Positions 1 through 10,042 are shown, counted from the stretch's first letter. The stretch is DNA of 53,980 nucleotides from a bacterium (GCA_041739675.1 JBGSNL010000057.1:1-53980); one strand, 5' to 3'. Notes: a model not told the origin generated them from the sequence alone. Numbers and translations: made by a program.

Positions 1-111
1 TGGCTATGGTATCCAGCGTCCTCGACGCCGCTCGAAAACACCCCCGCACCGCGCCACTTCGCAGCATCTAGACTATAGCCGCCGGAGCTCGCATACCCTG
101 TCTTGTTTTTC

Positions 112-146
112 CTTTGACCTTTGACCTTTGAGCTTTCAGCTTCGAG
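112..146. repeat. Degenerate heptamer tandem repeat (CTTTGAC/CTTTGAG-type, 5 units)
   Basis: ctttgac-ctttgac-ctttgag-ctttcag-cttcgag read directly upstream of hsdR. Confidence 0.6.
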
Positions 147-163
147 CTGCTCTTCTGATTTGG

Positions 164-192
164 TTGCACTCTGGGGTGGAGGGGGGTATAAA
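164..192 (+). promoter_or_regulatory. Putative sigma70 promoter of the type I RM operon
   Basis: TTGCAC-N17-TATAAA, 25 nt upstream of the hsdR ATG. Confidence 0.45.
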
Positions 193-217
193 ATTGGCTT
201 AATTTAATCATAAAATT

Positions 218-2584
218 ATGGGTTATAATGAATCAGACACACGTGCAAAGCTTATAGATCCAGCGATCCATGCACGTGGTTGGACAGAAGACCTGATCAG
301 AAGAGAAGAAACATCGGGTGCTGTTGAAATAATCGACGGCAAACCCCGGAAGAGATCTAAAGGAAGGGTTGATTACACTCTCCGTATCAAGGTCAATCCA
401 GACGCCCAGCCAATAGCCATCGCTCTCATTGAAGCCAAAGCCGCGGACCTCACACCGGAACATGGTCTTGAGCAGGTGAAGCTCTATTCGGATTGTCACA
501 GACTCAACGTTCCATTCGTTTTCTCCACAAACGGGCACCTCTTCATAGAGTTCGACCATTTCAATGGTCGGACAAAGCTTGCTCAGCCAATGGAGAAGTT
601 TCCAACCCCTGCCGAATTACGCACCCGATATGAGCAAGGGATGGGGTTTAAATTAGATGATCCCGTCGCAAAACCCCTTCTGATGAAATATCAGGGGGGT
701 GAAGCAACCCGCCGCTATTATCAGGACGCCGCGATCAGAGCGACGCTTGAGAAGATCGCTCAGTGCGAAAAGAAAGGTAAGCCAAAGCGGGCTCTTCTTG
801 CTTTGGCCACAGGATCGGGCAAGACATTCATAGCAGTCAACCTTCTTAAAAAGATTGCTGATGCAGGGCAACTGAAACGGGCGCTTTTCTTGTGTGATCG
901 AGATGAACTCCGTAACCAGGGCCTTGGCGCCTTTCAAAACATTTTTGGCGCAGATGCAGCGGAAGTCTATCAAAAATCAGATGGCACGAACAATGCGAAG
1001 AATGCGCGAATCCACATCGCCACATATCAAACGCTGGACGTGGACACAGCGGATGGAACCGCCAACTTTCTCACAACGCACTATCCCGAAAATTACTTTA
1101 GCCATATTATCATCGATGAGTGTCATCGCTCTGCTTGGGGAAAATGGTCTCAAGTGCTCAAACGCAACCCGAATGCCGTTCAGATAGGTCTCACCGCAAC
1201 GCCAAGACAACTGGAGTTTACGGAAAAAACGAAGGAATCAATGGCCGATGCTCAACTTACGGCTGATAACATCAAACATTTCGGCGAGCCTGTTTATGTA
1301 TATGATATGGGCCAAGCCATCGAAGATGGCTATCTCGCCGCCTGCGAAATTCAGAAAGGCCGTGTAGATATAGATGATACTGGCCTTTCAATCGACGAAG
1401 TCCTTGCAAAGAACCCCAAGAATGCAGCTACAGGCCAGCCTGTAACGAGAGAAGAGCTGCAGGAGATATACTACAAGAAGGATTACGAGAATGTCATCAT
1501 GCTGCCTGATCGCGTGATGGCGATGTGTCAGGATTTTTTCAATTATCTTATCGAGACAGGCGATCCACTTCAAAAGACAATCATCTTCTGCGTGCGCGAT
1601 TATCATGCGGATCAAGTGGCAATTACCATGAACAACCTCTATGCTTCTTGGTGTGAGAAAAATGGTCTCAAACCCGTTTCGCCGTATGCTTTTAAATGTA
1701 CGGCTGCCTCTGGAGGAAGCCAATATCTAGCCGATCTCCGCGGTGCCTCGCGCTCACATTTCATTGCTACAACCGTCGATCTTCTAAGCACCGGTGTGGA
1801 TGTCCCTGTGGTTCGCAACATCGTTTTTTTCAAATATGTGCGCTCGCCTATTGCCTTCCACCAAATGGTCGGGCGAGGAACACGTCTGCATGCACCGAGT
1901 GGAAAGCTCATGTTTCATGTCTATGATTACACGAACGCCACACGCCTCTTCGGCAAAGAATTCATTACTAAAGCTCAAAAACCCCAAGGCCGAGGAGGTC
2001 CAACACCACCCGCGCCACCTATAATTACTGTTGAAGGGTTCGATGTTCATGTAACAGACGCCGGACGTTTCATTGTTACTAAGGTTAACGGAGAAACAAA
2101 ACCAGTTACAGTTGAGGAATACAAAGAACATCTTGCAGAACGCCTTGTGAAAGAGGTTAAGACACTTGAGCAGTTTCGATCAAAATGGGTGAATCCTTCA
2201 GAACGTGCTACGTTATTGGCCCAGCTGCCAGATGGGGGTCGATGCGTAGACCTAATCAGAGAGTTAGATGAGATGAAGGATTACGATGCCTACGATATCT
2301 TAGCTGAACTTGCTTATGGTATGGTCCCACGTACGAGAAGTGAGCGCGCCGAGTCCTTTAACTACAAGCACAGAAAATGGCTAGATAGCCTTACGCCCGA
2401 AGCTGCTGCTACGATTATCGCGCTTGCATCACAGTTTTCACGTGGAGGTACAGAGGGGCTTGAAAATCCTCAAATATTCATGACCCCCGAAGTTTTAAGG
2501 GCAGGCGGATTGGAAGCCCTAAAAACAATAGGAAAGCCAGCCGATATACTCCGTGAGACCAAAGAGAGGATGTTCGCGGCATGA
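218..2584 (+). CDS. hsdR: Type I restriction enzyme R subunit (nuclease + SF2 helicase, EcoEI-R-like C-terminus)
   Basis: N-terminal NESDTR and VDY...IEAK PD-(D/E)xK motif; Walker A ATGSGKT, DECH, GLTATP, TGVD, QMVGRGTR helicase motifs. Confidence 0.93.
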   Translation: MGYNESDTRAKLIDPAIHARGWTEDLIRREETSGAVEIIDGKPRKRSKGRVDYTLRIKVNPDAQPIAIALIEAKAADLTPEHGLEQVKLYSDCHRLNVPFVFSTNGHLFIEFDHFNGRTKLAQPMEKFPTPAELRTRYEQGMGFKLDDPVAKPLLMKYQGGEATRRYYQDAAIRATLEKIAQCEKKGKPKRALLALATGSGKTFIAVNLLKKIADAGQLKRALFLCDRDELRNQGLGAFQNIFGADAAEVYQKSDGTNNAKNARIHIATYQTLDVDTADGTANFLTTHYPENYFSHIIIDECHRSAWGKWSQVLKRNPNAVQIGLTATPRQLEFTEKTKESMADAQLTADNIKHFGEPVYVYDMGQAIEDGYLAACEIQKGRVDIDDTGLSIDEVLAKNPKNAATGQPVTREELQEIYYKKDYENVIMLPDRVMAMCQDFFNYLIETGDPLQKTIIFCVRDYHADQVAITMNNLYASWCEKNGLKPVSPYAFKCTAASGGSQYLADLRGASRSHFIATTVDLLSTGVDVPVVRNIVFFKYVRSPIAFHQMVGRGTRLHAPSGKLMFHVYDYTNATRLFGKEFITKAQKPQGRGGPTPPAPPIITVEGFDVHVTDAGRFIVTKVNGETKPVTVEEYKEHLAERLVKEVKTLEQFRSKWVNPSERATLLAQLPDGGRCVDLIRELDEMKDYDAYDILAELAYGMVPRTRSERAESFNYKHRKWLDSLTPEAAATIIALASQFSRGGTEGLENPQIFMTPEVLRAGGLEALKTIGKPADILRETKERMFAA

Positions 2585-3738
2585 GTGGGTGGTCAATATT
2601 ATTTTCAACTAAACGCCAGCTACCTACTGCCTGGAAATGGACAATGTTGGGGGGTGTATGTGACTTTCTGGATAGTCGAAGGATTCCAGTTAACAACGGG
2701 GAAAGAGAACGACGTATTGCTGGAAAAGATAAATCAGATTTATATCCATATTATGGTGCCAATGGCCAGGTCGGTTGGATTGACAATTACATATTCGACG
2801 AACCATTAATTTTACTGGCTGAAGATGGCGGTTTCTTTGGGTCAACAACGAAACCTATTGCTTATATTGTGAGTGGACGATGTTGGGTTAACAATCATGC
2901 TCATGTATTGAAACCTCATCCCGATGTCTGCTTTGAATATATCTTGCACGCTCTGAGAATTCGACCTGATGTTTTGGATATGGTTTCTGGTTCGACGAGA
3001 GCCAAACTCAATCAGCAAATTGCTTCACGTATTTCCATTCCACTCCCCCCCCTCCCCGAACAAAAGCGCATCGCGGCGATTTTGAATGAGCAAATGTCTC
3101 AAGTCGACAAAGCCCGCGCCGCCGCAGAAGCGCAACTTGAAGCCGCAAAGGCCCTCCCCGACGTTTATTTGCGGCAAGTATTCCCCAAACCCGACCAACC
3201 TTTGCCAGAGGGGTGGCAGTGGGTTCCATTTAAAGAAGCAACAGGAAGAGTTAACACTCAGACTCGAAAACTCAAAACATCAGAATATAAATGTTCAGGT
3301 CAGTATCCGATTGTTGATCAAGGTCAAAGAGAGATTGTAGGCTACACTGATGATAGAAGCTGCATCATCTATGAGCCTCTTCCTCTTGTGGTGTTCGGAG
3401 ATCATACTAAAGTTGCGAAGCACGTCGATTACCCTTTTGCAATCGGAGCGGATGGCGTGGTATTGCTTTCATCAAGAAATGGTGTTGATTCAAGGTTCTT
3501 ATTTTATTGGCTAAGACAGATTTACATTCGGCATTTGGGATATGCAAGACACTATAGTGTCTTGAAAAGCAAAACTATACCTCTCCCCCCTCTGCCCGAA
3601 CAAAAGCGGATTGCGGCGAGTTTGAATGAGAAGATGGCGGAAGTGGACAAGCTTCGTGTGGCGCTGGAAAAGCAACTTGCCGAGATCAGTGCCATGCCAG
3701 CGACCATATTGCGAAAAGCATTCAGTGGAGGTCTATAA
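2581..3738 (+). CDS. hsdS: Type I RM specificity subunit
   Basis: Two TRDs each followed by the conserved IPLPPLPEQKRIAA repeat; LPxxW motifs; C-terminal ILRKAFSG; ATGA overlap with hsdR. Confidence 0.93.
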   Translation: MSGWSILFSTKRQLPTAWKWTMLGGVCDFLDSRRIPVNNGERERRIAGKDKSDLYPYYGANGQVGWIDNYIFDEPLILLAEDGGFFGSTTKPIAYIVSGRCWVNNHAHVLKPHPDVCFEYILHALRIRPDVLDMVSGSTRAKLNQQIASRISIPLPPLPEQKRIAAILNEQMSQVDKARAAAEAQLEAAKALPDVYLRQVFPKPDQPLPEGWQWVPFKEATGRVNTQTRKLKTSEYKCSGQYPIVDQGQREIVGYTDDRSCIIYEPLPLVVFGDHTKVAKHVDYPFAIGADGVVLLSSRNGVDSRFLFYWLRQIYIRHLGYARHYSVLKSKTIPLPPLPEQKRIAASLNEKMAEVDKLRVALEKQLAEISAMPATILRKAFSGGL

Positions 3739-4686
3739 ATGAAGAAAGAGAATGTGGTGTCGCGGATAGAACTAGAGGATTTGAGAAAAGTCTTTTCAAA
3801 CGAAGCTACAAGCTTCACACCTTGGCTTGAATCGCACATTGATGCCTTAGCGGAACGTTTGGGAATGGATCTTTCTGTTGAACAAAGAGAAAAAGATGTC
3901 GGCGATTTCAGCGTGGATTTGTTGTGTGAAGACAGCGACGGCAGAAAAGTTATTATTGAGAATCAGCTTGAAAGAAGCGACCATGATCACCTTGGCAAGC
4001 TTCTCACCTACTTGGTCAACCTCGATGCAGCGACTGCAATTTGGATAACACCCGACCCTCGCCCTGAACATATGAAGGTTATTGATTGGCTTAATGAGTC
4101 AACCGCAGCAGATATCGCCTTTTATCTGGTCAAGGTTGAAGCTATACGAATTGGCGAATCTCCAATAGCGCCGCTTTTCACTGTATTTGCAAAACCAGAT
4201 GTCCAGACTAAAGAAATTGGCGATAAAAAGAAAGAGTGGGCTGAGCGTCACTATCAAAGGATGGAATTTTGGAAGGGTTTGCTCGAAAAAAGTAACCAGA
4301 AGACCAAGATATTCTCGAACATATCGCCAGGCAGGTATCACTGGATTGGGGCTGGCGCGGGGAAATCGGGACTGTCCTTCAACTTTGTTATTTGGAAGGA
4401 TATGGGCGCTTCTGAGCTCTACATTGATTACGATCGTGATACAGGAGAAATAAACAAACAGATATTTGACGCCTTGTATGCACAAAAAGACGAGATTGAG
4501 AAAGAAACTGGCAAGTTGGAATGGGACCGCCTCGACGCAAAACGCGCATCAAGAATTCGTAAAATATTTAAGGATGGTGGACTAACAGAACCCGACAAAT
4601 GGCCAGAATTGCAGGATAAAATGATTGGTACTATGATTGCATTACACAAGACTATTAAGCCACGTTTAGCAAAGATCGAGGTCTAG
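3739..4686 (+). CDS. DUF4268-type protein with N-terminal PD-(D/E)xK (NucS-like) nuclease domain
   Basis: EATSFTPWL, VGDFSVDLLC...VIIENQLERSDHDHLGKLLTY motif; C-terminal FW..LL and LEWDRL..KRASRI pattern. Confidence 0.75.
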   Translation: MKKENVVSRIELEDLRKVFSNEATSFTPWLESHIDALAERLGMDLSVEQREKDVGDFSVDLLCEDSDGRKVIIENQLERSDHDHLGKLLTYLVNLDAATAIWITPDPRPEHMKVIDWLNESTAADIAFYLVKVEAIRIGESPIAPLFTVFAKPDVQTKEIGDKKKEWAERHYQRMEFWKGLLEKSNQKTKIFSNISPGRYHWIGAGAGKSGLSFNFVIWKDMGASELYIDYDRDTGEINKQIFDALYAQKDEIEKETGKLEWDRLDAKRASRIRKIFKDGGLTEPDKWPELQDKMIGTMIALHKTIKPRLAKIEV

Positions 4687-4689
4687 CAT

Positions 4690-6213
4690 ATGCCGAGGCA
4701 ATCAAGAAAAAATAACGGGAAAACACTTATTACTCAGCAGTCAGTGAATTCGGTAATAAAGTCCATCTGCGACATCATGCGCAGGTCGAACTGCGCTGGT
4801 GCGCTGCAATATGTCCCCGAGCTTACATGGATACTTTTCCTTAGAATACTTGATGAACGTGAGATGTTGGAGGCTGAAAATGCAGAAGCTGTTGATGCTC
4901 ACTTCAAGTTTTCACTGGAGCACCCTTACCGCTGGCAGGATTGGGCAGCCCCAGATGGTAAGAAACGAAAAGACCTGTCTGATAAAGGAATGGGTTACTT
5001 CTTTGGCTTCGTAAACGAGGACTTACTGCCACATCTTAAGGAGTTGAGGGACAAACCAAACGCTACGCCACGTCAAAAAGTGATCAGCGAGATACTTGCA
5101 GGTGTGGATCGGGTGCGCATCGACACGGAACGCAATTTCTTGGACGTATTGGATAAGGTTAATGAGATAAGCGCTGACGGGATTGATCCAACCCATATCT
5201 TCTTATTGTCTCAGGTTTACGAAGGCCTTCTTCTAAAGATGGGTGAGAAAGGAAATGACGGAGGTCAGTTTTTTACGCCTCGTGAAGTGATACGAGCCAT
5301 GGTCAGAGTAATTGATCCGAAAGTAGGCGAAACGATCTATGACCCTGGTTGCGGAACTGGCGGTTTCTTAGCTCAAAGCTACGAATACATAGTTTCAAAG
5401 CTAGGTGATAAGGTAACCCCAAACCAGCTGGAGACGCTCAAACAGAGAACATTTTTTGGGAGGGAGAAGGAAAACCTCATCTATCCCATATCGCTGGCGA
5501 ATATGGTTTTGCACGGAATAGATAAGCCAAATATCTGGCATGGAAATACGCTTACGGGTGGGGAAACCTATGGCGGCCTATTTGAGGGCGCACCTGCTCT
5601 TTTTGACGTAATACTGATGAACCCACCGTTTGGCGGCAAAGAAGGCAAGGACGCACAGACCCGTTTTCCATATAAGACAGGTGCAACGCAGGTTCTGTTT
5701 CTTCAGCATGTGATCGAAAGCCTTGAACCCAAGGGAGGGCGCTGCGGAATCGTCCTCGACGAGGGAGTTCTGTTCCGCACAAATGAGACCGCATTCGTTC
5801 AGACAAAGCGACAATTACTGGATGATTGCGACCTCTGGTGTCTCGTTAGTCTTCCCGCTGGGGTGTTTACGGCGGCTGGGGCAGGAGTGAAGACAAACCT
5901 ATTGTTCTTCACGAAGGGGAAACCTACGGAGAAGATTTGGTATTATGATCTGTCGCATTTGAAAGTTAGAAAAAAATTGCCGCTAACGCTTGTCCACTTT
6001 GAAGAATTCTTCCGTTTGCTTCCTGACCGCGCTGACAGCGATCACAGCTGGACAGTCACCCGCGAGGAAATCGAAAAAAGGGGTTACGACCTCAAGGCAG
6101 TGAATCCCAACGCAAAGCAAGATGAAGATGCGCGGACACCAGAGGAACTGCTAGACCTCATTGAAGGGAAGGGGCGGGAGATAGCGGAGATAATAAAGCA
6201 GCTACGGGGCTGA
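4690..6213 (+). CDS. hsdM: Type I RM N6-adenine methyltransferase
   Basis: GQFFTPR, YDPGCGTGGFL (SAM binding), ILMNPPFGG (catalytic NPPF). Confidence 0.95.
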   Translation: MPRQSRKNNGKTLITQQSVNSVIKSICDIMRRSNCAGALQYVPELTWILFLRILDEREMLEAENAEAVDAHFKFSLEHPYRWQDWAAPDGKKRKDLSDKGMGYFFGFVNEDLLPHLKELRDKPNATPRQKVISEILAGVDRVRIDTERNFLDVLDKVNEISADGIDPTHIFLLSQVYEGLLLKMGEKGNDGGQFFTPREVIRAMVRVIDPKVGETIYDPGCGTGGFLAQSYEYIVSKLGDKVTPNQLETLKQRTFFGREKENLIYPISLANMVLHGIDKPNIWHGNTLTGGETYGGLFEGAPALFDVILMNPPFGGKEGKDAQTRFPYKTGATQVLFLQHVIESLEPKGGRCGIVLDEGVLFRTNETAFVQTKRQLLDDCDLWCLVSLPAGVFTAAGAGVKTNLLFFTKGKPTEKIWYYDLSHLKVRKKLPLTLVHFEEFFRLLPDRADSDHSWTVTREEIEKRGYDLKAVNPNAKQDEDARTPEELLDLIEGKGREIAEIIKQLRG

Positions 6214-6228
6214 GGAAATCATATTCTC

Positions 6229-6972
6229 ATGATGAATTATGACAAAATAATCTCAACCGATTTTGGGGCAGGTGATGAAATACCTAAACCAACCGATTGG
6301 CAAGAAATCAAGAAGGAATCTTTTGAGTTTTCAAGGCAACAAGAAGCACTTTATCAGGCTCTTGTAGAAAAGACTCCCGAATTAGCGAGAATGTATAAGG
6401 GTGCATTAATTGTTCTTATCAACAGAGATAATCCAGAGCATCTTTGTCACTCTGCGCATAGCATTCGGGAATTAATGGAGAAAGCACCAATACATTTCAA
6501 CTTACCCAGAATTCCCAAGGAACCACTTCCTGTCAAGGTGAACGCGCTCGAAGAAAAATGGCAGCCTCTGGAGGAACACGTTAACGATAATGGTTTATGC
6601 AACATTCCAGAGAATAATAAAACAGTCCTAGAGCGTTTTTTATCTGCATGTAAAACCTTCTTTACATGGCGAAAAACATTTCAGCCACGTAGATTAAATA
6701 AGGCCGCTGAAATGCTAAGAGGTTTCGACCCCCATGAAATTGCTTTGCCGGAACACTTGGAAAAACGAAGAATCAAACAGTGGGATAATATTAACGATTA
6801 CTTCATATACGTAGCACATCACAATAAACTCACTGATTATGATGAATTCATCAGTTGGTTAAATAAATTCGAAAACTTTTTTCTCGATCGCCTATGCCCA
6901 AGAGCATTTGAAGACCATCGCAATATAGATTCTATTATTGAGGAGGGAAATGATCAAGTCAGAGACAATTGA
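6229..6972 (+). CDS. Hypothetical protein, possibly HEPN-like nuclease
   Basis: 247-aa helical ORF 15 nt after hsdM; AHSIRELMEK and YFIYVAHH segments resemble HEPN-like folds (inference only). Confidence 0.5.
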   Translation: MMNYDKIISTDFGAGDEIPKPTDWQEIKKESFEFSRQQEALYQALVEKTPELARMYKGALIVLINRDNPEHLCHSAHSIRELMEKAPIHFNLPRIPKEPLPVKVNALEEKWQPLEEHVNDNGLCNIPENNKTVLERFLSACKTFFTWRKTFQPRRLNKAAEMLRGFDPHEIALPEHLEKRRIKQWDNINDYFIYVAHHNKLTDYDEFISWLNKFENFFLDRLCPRAFEDHRNIDSIIEEGNDQVRDN

Positions 6973-9835
6973 AAAGGCCATACAAGCCATTACGAAAAGG
7001 CGAGCTGATTATGAGTATTTTTATAATAAGCTCGATTCACCTGACTGGTTAAAACCACTTTGGAAGGAGGGCTTTTTCTGCAAACCAGAACCGATAATCG
7101 CCGAGGGTAAATATATAAGTTTTCCGCTTTGGCCAGAATCACAATATCTGGCTCGAATGGCTGCAAAAGACCCGGATACAGTATGTGAAATAATATTAAA
7201 GATTCCTAACACAGATAACGCGCGTGTTCATGATGACTTGGCAAGTGCAGCCTTAAATATGCCGCCCCAAGTATCTGCCCGTCTTGTCGATAAAGCGGCG
7301 GAATGGATTGAATCACCTTATCATCTTCTTTTACCCGATCATCTTGGTAAGCTGATTGAACATTTAGCAAAAGGTAATGAAGTCGATGCAGCTTTAGCAC
7401 TAGCGCGCTCTCTCTTGGATGTTGCGCCGCCACAAATACCAGAAAAGGAGGATGATAAAGAGGATTTGCATAAATACGAAGATGCAAAGCCGCTTTTTGA
7501 GGAATGGGCGTATGAGCATATTCTTAAGAAGAACATTCCAGCTCTTGTTAGTGCAGCAAAAATAAAGGTTTTTGAACTTCTTTGTGATCTCCTTGAAAAA
7601 AGCGTGATTGGCGGTATTTCCAAGCAGTCTAGGGAGGACAAAGAAGATTTCTCATATATTTGGAGACCTGCCATTGAGAACCATGAGCAGAACGTATCAC
7701 ATGGCTTAAAAAGTCTGTTAGTTACTGCTTTGAGAAGCGCCGCAGATTTACTCATGAAAGATGATTTAGTATCCATCAATGATATAGTGGCTTTCCTTGA
7801 GGCAAGGCCTTATTCAATTTTTAAACGACTCACACTATATATCTTACGACAGCACCCTGCAAAATCTGCCTACCTTGTGACCAAGTATGCTCTGGATTGC
7901 GCTGTATTTGACGATTACAGGTTCTTCCATGAATATTTTTTGCTGATACGTGTTGTTTTTGAATCTCTTGCCCCTAGCGATCAAAATACAATACTTGGCT
8001 GGATAAACAATGGGCCAAGTGACGTTGAAGATCATAAGCGCTCGTATAAGGAAATGTACGGGAAGGAATTGTCAGATAGCGAGGTGAAGGATTATATAAA
8101 TCACTGGATTATTAGAAGACTAGCTGTGATCAAGGAGGTATTGCCCGCTGAGACAAAAGCAAAATACGACGCTCTGGTTTCAAAGTACGGTGAGCCAAAG
8201 CATTCAGAGTTTCGAAATTATCACGAAAGCTGGGTTGGGCCAACTAGCCCAATTGGAAATAAAGAGCTTAGCGAGATGCCAGTCGATGACATTATTAACT
8301 ATCTATCAAATTGGAAACCCTCGACAGAAATGTTTGCACCGACTCCAGAGGGGCTCGGTCGCTTATTGACAGACATCGTTTCCGCAGAACCAGAAAGATT
8401 TGCAAAAGCCGCAAATAACTTTAGAGGCCTTGATCCAACGTATGTGAGGGCTTTACTTGGTGGCTTTTCCAATGCAGCAAGAAATAAGAAGGCATTTGAT
8501 TGGGGGCACGTTCTCGAATTGTGTCAGGGGATTGTATCGCAATCTATTGAAATATCAGGAAGAGATGTTGGCGAAATAGATGCCGATCCAAGCTGGGAAT
8601 GGACAAGGCAGAGAATAGCGCATCTGCTCGATGATGGTTTTCATGAATGCGAAGGGTGCATCCCTTTCCAGTACAGATCATTGGCTTGGAGTATTCTTGT
8701 CAAATTGACAAATGATCCAACCCCTACGCCTGAAGACGAAGAACGTTATGGCGGCTCAAACATGAGACCCGCCGAGCTATCCATAAATTCAACCCGTGGT
8801 GAAGCCTTACATGCTGTTATTCAGCATGCACTATGGATTCGTAGGCACAATGATAAGAAATCAAATGCTAAAGAGCTTGCAAGTCGGGGATTTGATGAAA
8901 TGCCTGAGGTTGAAGACGTTCTTAATAATCATCTCGATATATCTAAGGAATCTTCGTTAGCTGTTCGATCAGTGTATGGACAATGGTTCCCTTGGCTTGT
9001 ATTGCTTGATAAGAAATGGGCGCAGGAAAGCGCAGCAAAGATATTCCCCACAGATGATAGCCATATTGCACATCGAAATGCCGCATGGCATACATATCTA
9101 GCCTTCTGCGCACCATATACAGAAGTATATGATCTTCTAAAAGAACAATATCTGTTTGCCGCAAATAATTTAGTAAATGTGAGTGAAACAGAACGAGCCG
9201 TTCATGAAACTAATAAGCGGTTAGCAGAGCATTTGATCACATATTACTGGCGCGGCAAGCTAGAACTCGACGACTCTGAAAGTTCCTTGAGCGTCTTTTA
9301 TGAGAAGGCTTCTGATTCTTTGCGCGCCCACGTCATGGCATACATTGGGCGACCTCTTGAAAAAACAAAAGAAGCAATTGAAGACGAAGTTTTAGATCGA
9401 CTAAGATCATTATGGGAAAAGAGACTTGACATTGCATCCAAGTCAGCCAATCTCTCGTTGTTTAAATCAGAAATTGCGTCATTTGGTTGGTGGTATGTGA
9501 GCGGTAAGTTTGATTATGACTGGTCACTTGATCAGTTATCGAAAGCGCTCAAAATATCTAAATATATAGACCCAGCCTATAAGGTCATCAAAAAGCTTGC
9601 CGATAATGCAAATATAAACTCATTACAGGTCATTGATTGCATCGATATCATCATCAAGGAACAGGATGACCAGCGGATATATTACGGCTGGCAGGATGAT
9701 ACAAAGATGCTGTTATCGAAACTAATGAATAACTCGGATAGTGCTGTAGTAACGAAAGCTAAAAATCTCGCAAACTATCTCATTGCGAAAGGCTACGGCG
9801 AAATTCGTGAATTATTTTCGAATGGCACTAAATAA
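6950..9835 (+). CDS. Large alpha-helical hypothetical protein (candidate defence sensor/scaffold)
   Basis: SD GAGGAGGG before ATG 6950; overlaps the upstream ORF; ~960 aa, Trp-rich helical (WPESQYLARMA, SINSTRGEAL); no P-loop or other catalytic motif seen. Confidence 0.6.
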   Translation: MIKSETIEKAIQAITKRRADYEYFYNKLDSPDWLKPLWKEGFFCKPEPIIAEGKYISFPLWPESQYLARMAAKDPDTVCEIILKIPNTDNARVHDDLASAALNMPPQVSARLVDKAAEWIESPYHLLLPDHLGKLIEHLAKGNEVDAALALARSLLDVAPPQIPEKEDDKEDLHKYEDAKPLFEEWAYEHILKKNIPALVSAAKIKVFELLCDLLEKSVIGGISKQSREDKEDFSYIWRPAIENHEQNVSHGLKSLLVTALRSAADLLMKDDLVSINDIVAFLEARPYSIFKRLTLYILRQHPAKSAYLVTKYALDCAVFDDYRFFHEYFLLIRVVFESLAPSDQNTILGWINNGPSDVEDHKRSYKEMYGKELSDSEVKDYINHWIIRRLAVIKEVLPAETKAKYDALVSKYGEPKHSEFRNYHESWVGPTSPIGNKELSEMPVDDIINYLSNWKPSTEMFAPTPEGLGRLLTDIVSAEPERFAKAANNFRGLDPTYVRALLGGFSNAARNKKAFDWGHVLELCQGIVSQSIEISGRDVGEIDADPSWEWTRQRIAHLLDDGFHECEGCIPFQYRSLAWSILVKLTNDPTPTPEDEERYGGSNMRPAELSINSTRGEALHAVIQHALWIRRHNDKKSNAKELASRGFDEMPEVEDVLNNHLDISKESSLAVRSVYGQWFPWLVLLDKKWAQESAAKIFPTDDSHIAHRNAAWHTYLAFCAPYTEVYDLLKEQYLFAANNLVNVSETERAVHETNKRLAEHLITYYWRGKLELDDSESSLSVFYEKASDSLRAHVMAYIGRPLEKTKEAIEDEVLDRLRSLWEKRLDIASKSANLSLFKSEIASFGWWYVSGKFDYDWSLDQLSKALKISKYIDPAYKVIKKLADNANINSLQVIDCIDIIIKEQDDQRIYYGWQDDTKMLLSKLMNNSDSAVVTKAKNLANYLIAKGYGEIRELFSNGTK

Positions 9836-9858
9836 CTATTTCATGGTTAGGAGGATGT

Positions 9859-10026
9859 ATGAGCAAACATTGGCATTGGCCATTCACCTTCGTTTTAGTA
9901 ACCCTGCTCACGACTGTGAGTTCGGCGTCGGCTGTTGAGACAAAGGGCGCTGCAACAAAGGGGCCAAGTCTTGACTCTTCACATTGTATAGATAGAAGGT
10001 CAGTAACCAGGGTCAGGCTGAAATAA
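9859..10026 (+). CDS. Small ORF (55 aa) with signal-peptide-like N-terminus; possible gene remnant
   Basis: SD GGAGG then ATG; MSKHWHWPFTFVLVTLLTTVSSASA-VETK...; below the ORF-track cutoff. Confidence 0.3.
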   Translation: MSKHWHWPFTFVLVTLLTTVSSASAVETKGAATKGPSLDSSHCIDRRSVTRVRLK

Positions 10027-10042
10027 TTTACTATTTTTGATC

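Noticed and set aside
1..100. Weak inverted repeat (GGCTATGGT... / ...ACTATAGCC) at the window start as a possible island end or ncRNA
   Set aside because: Imperfect, cut by the window edge and not repeated elsewhere in the window
6938..6972. Programmed frameshift or pseudogene joining the 247-aa and 965-aa ORFs
   Set aside because: The downstream ORF has its own strong SD and ATG at 6950, so translational coupling is the simpler explanation
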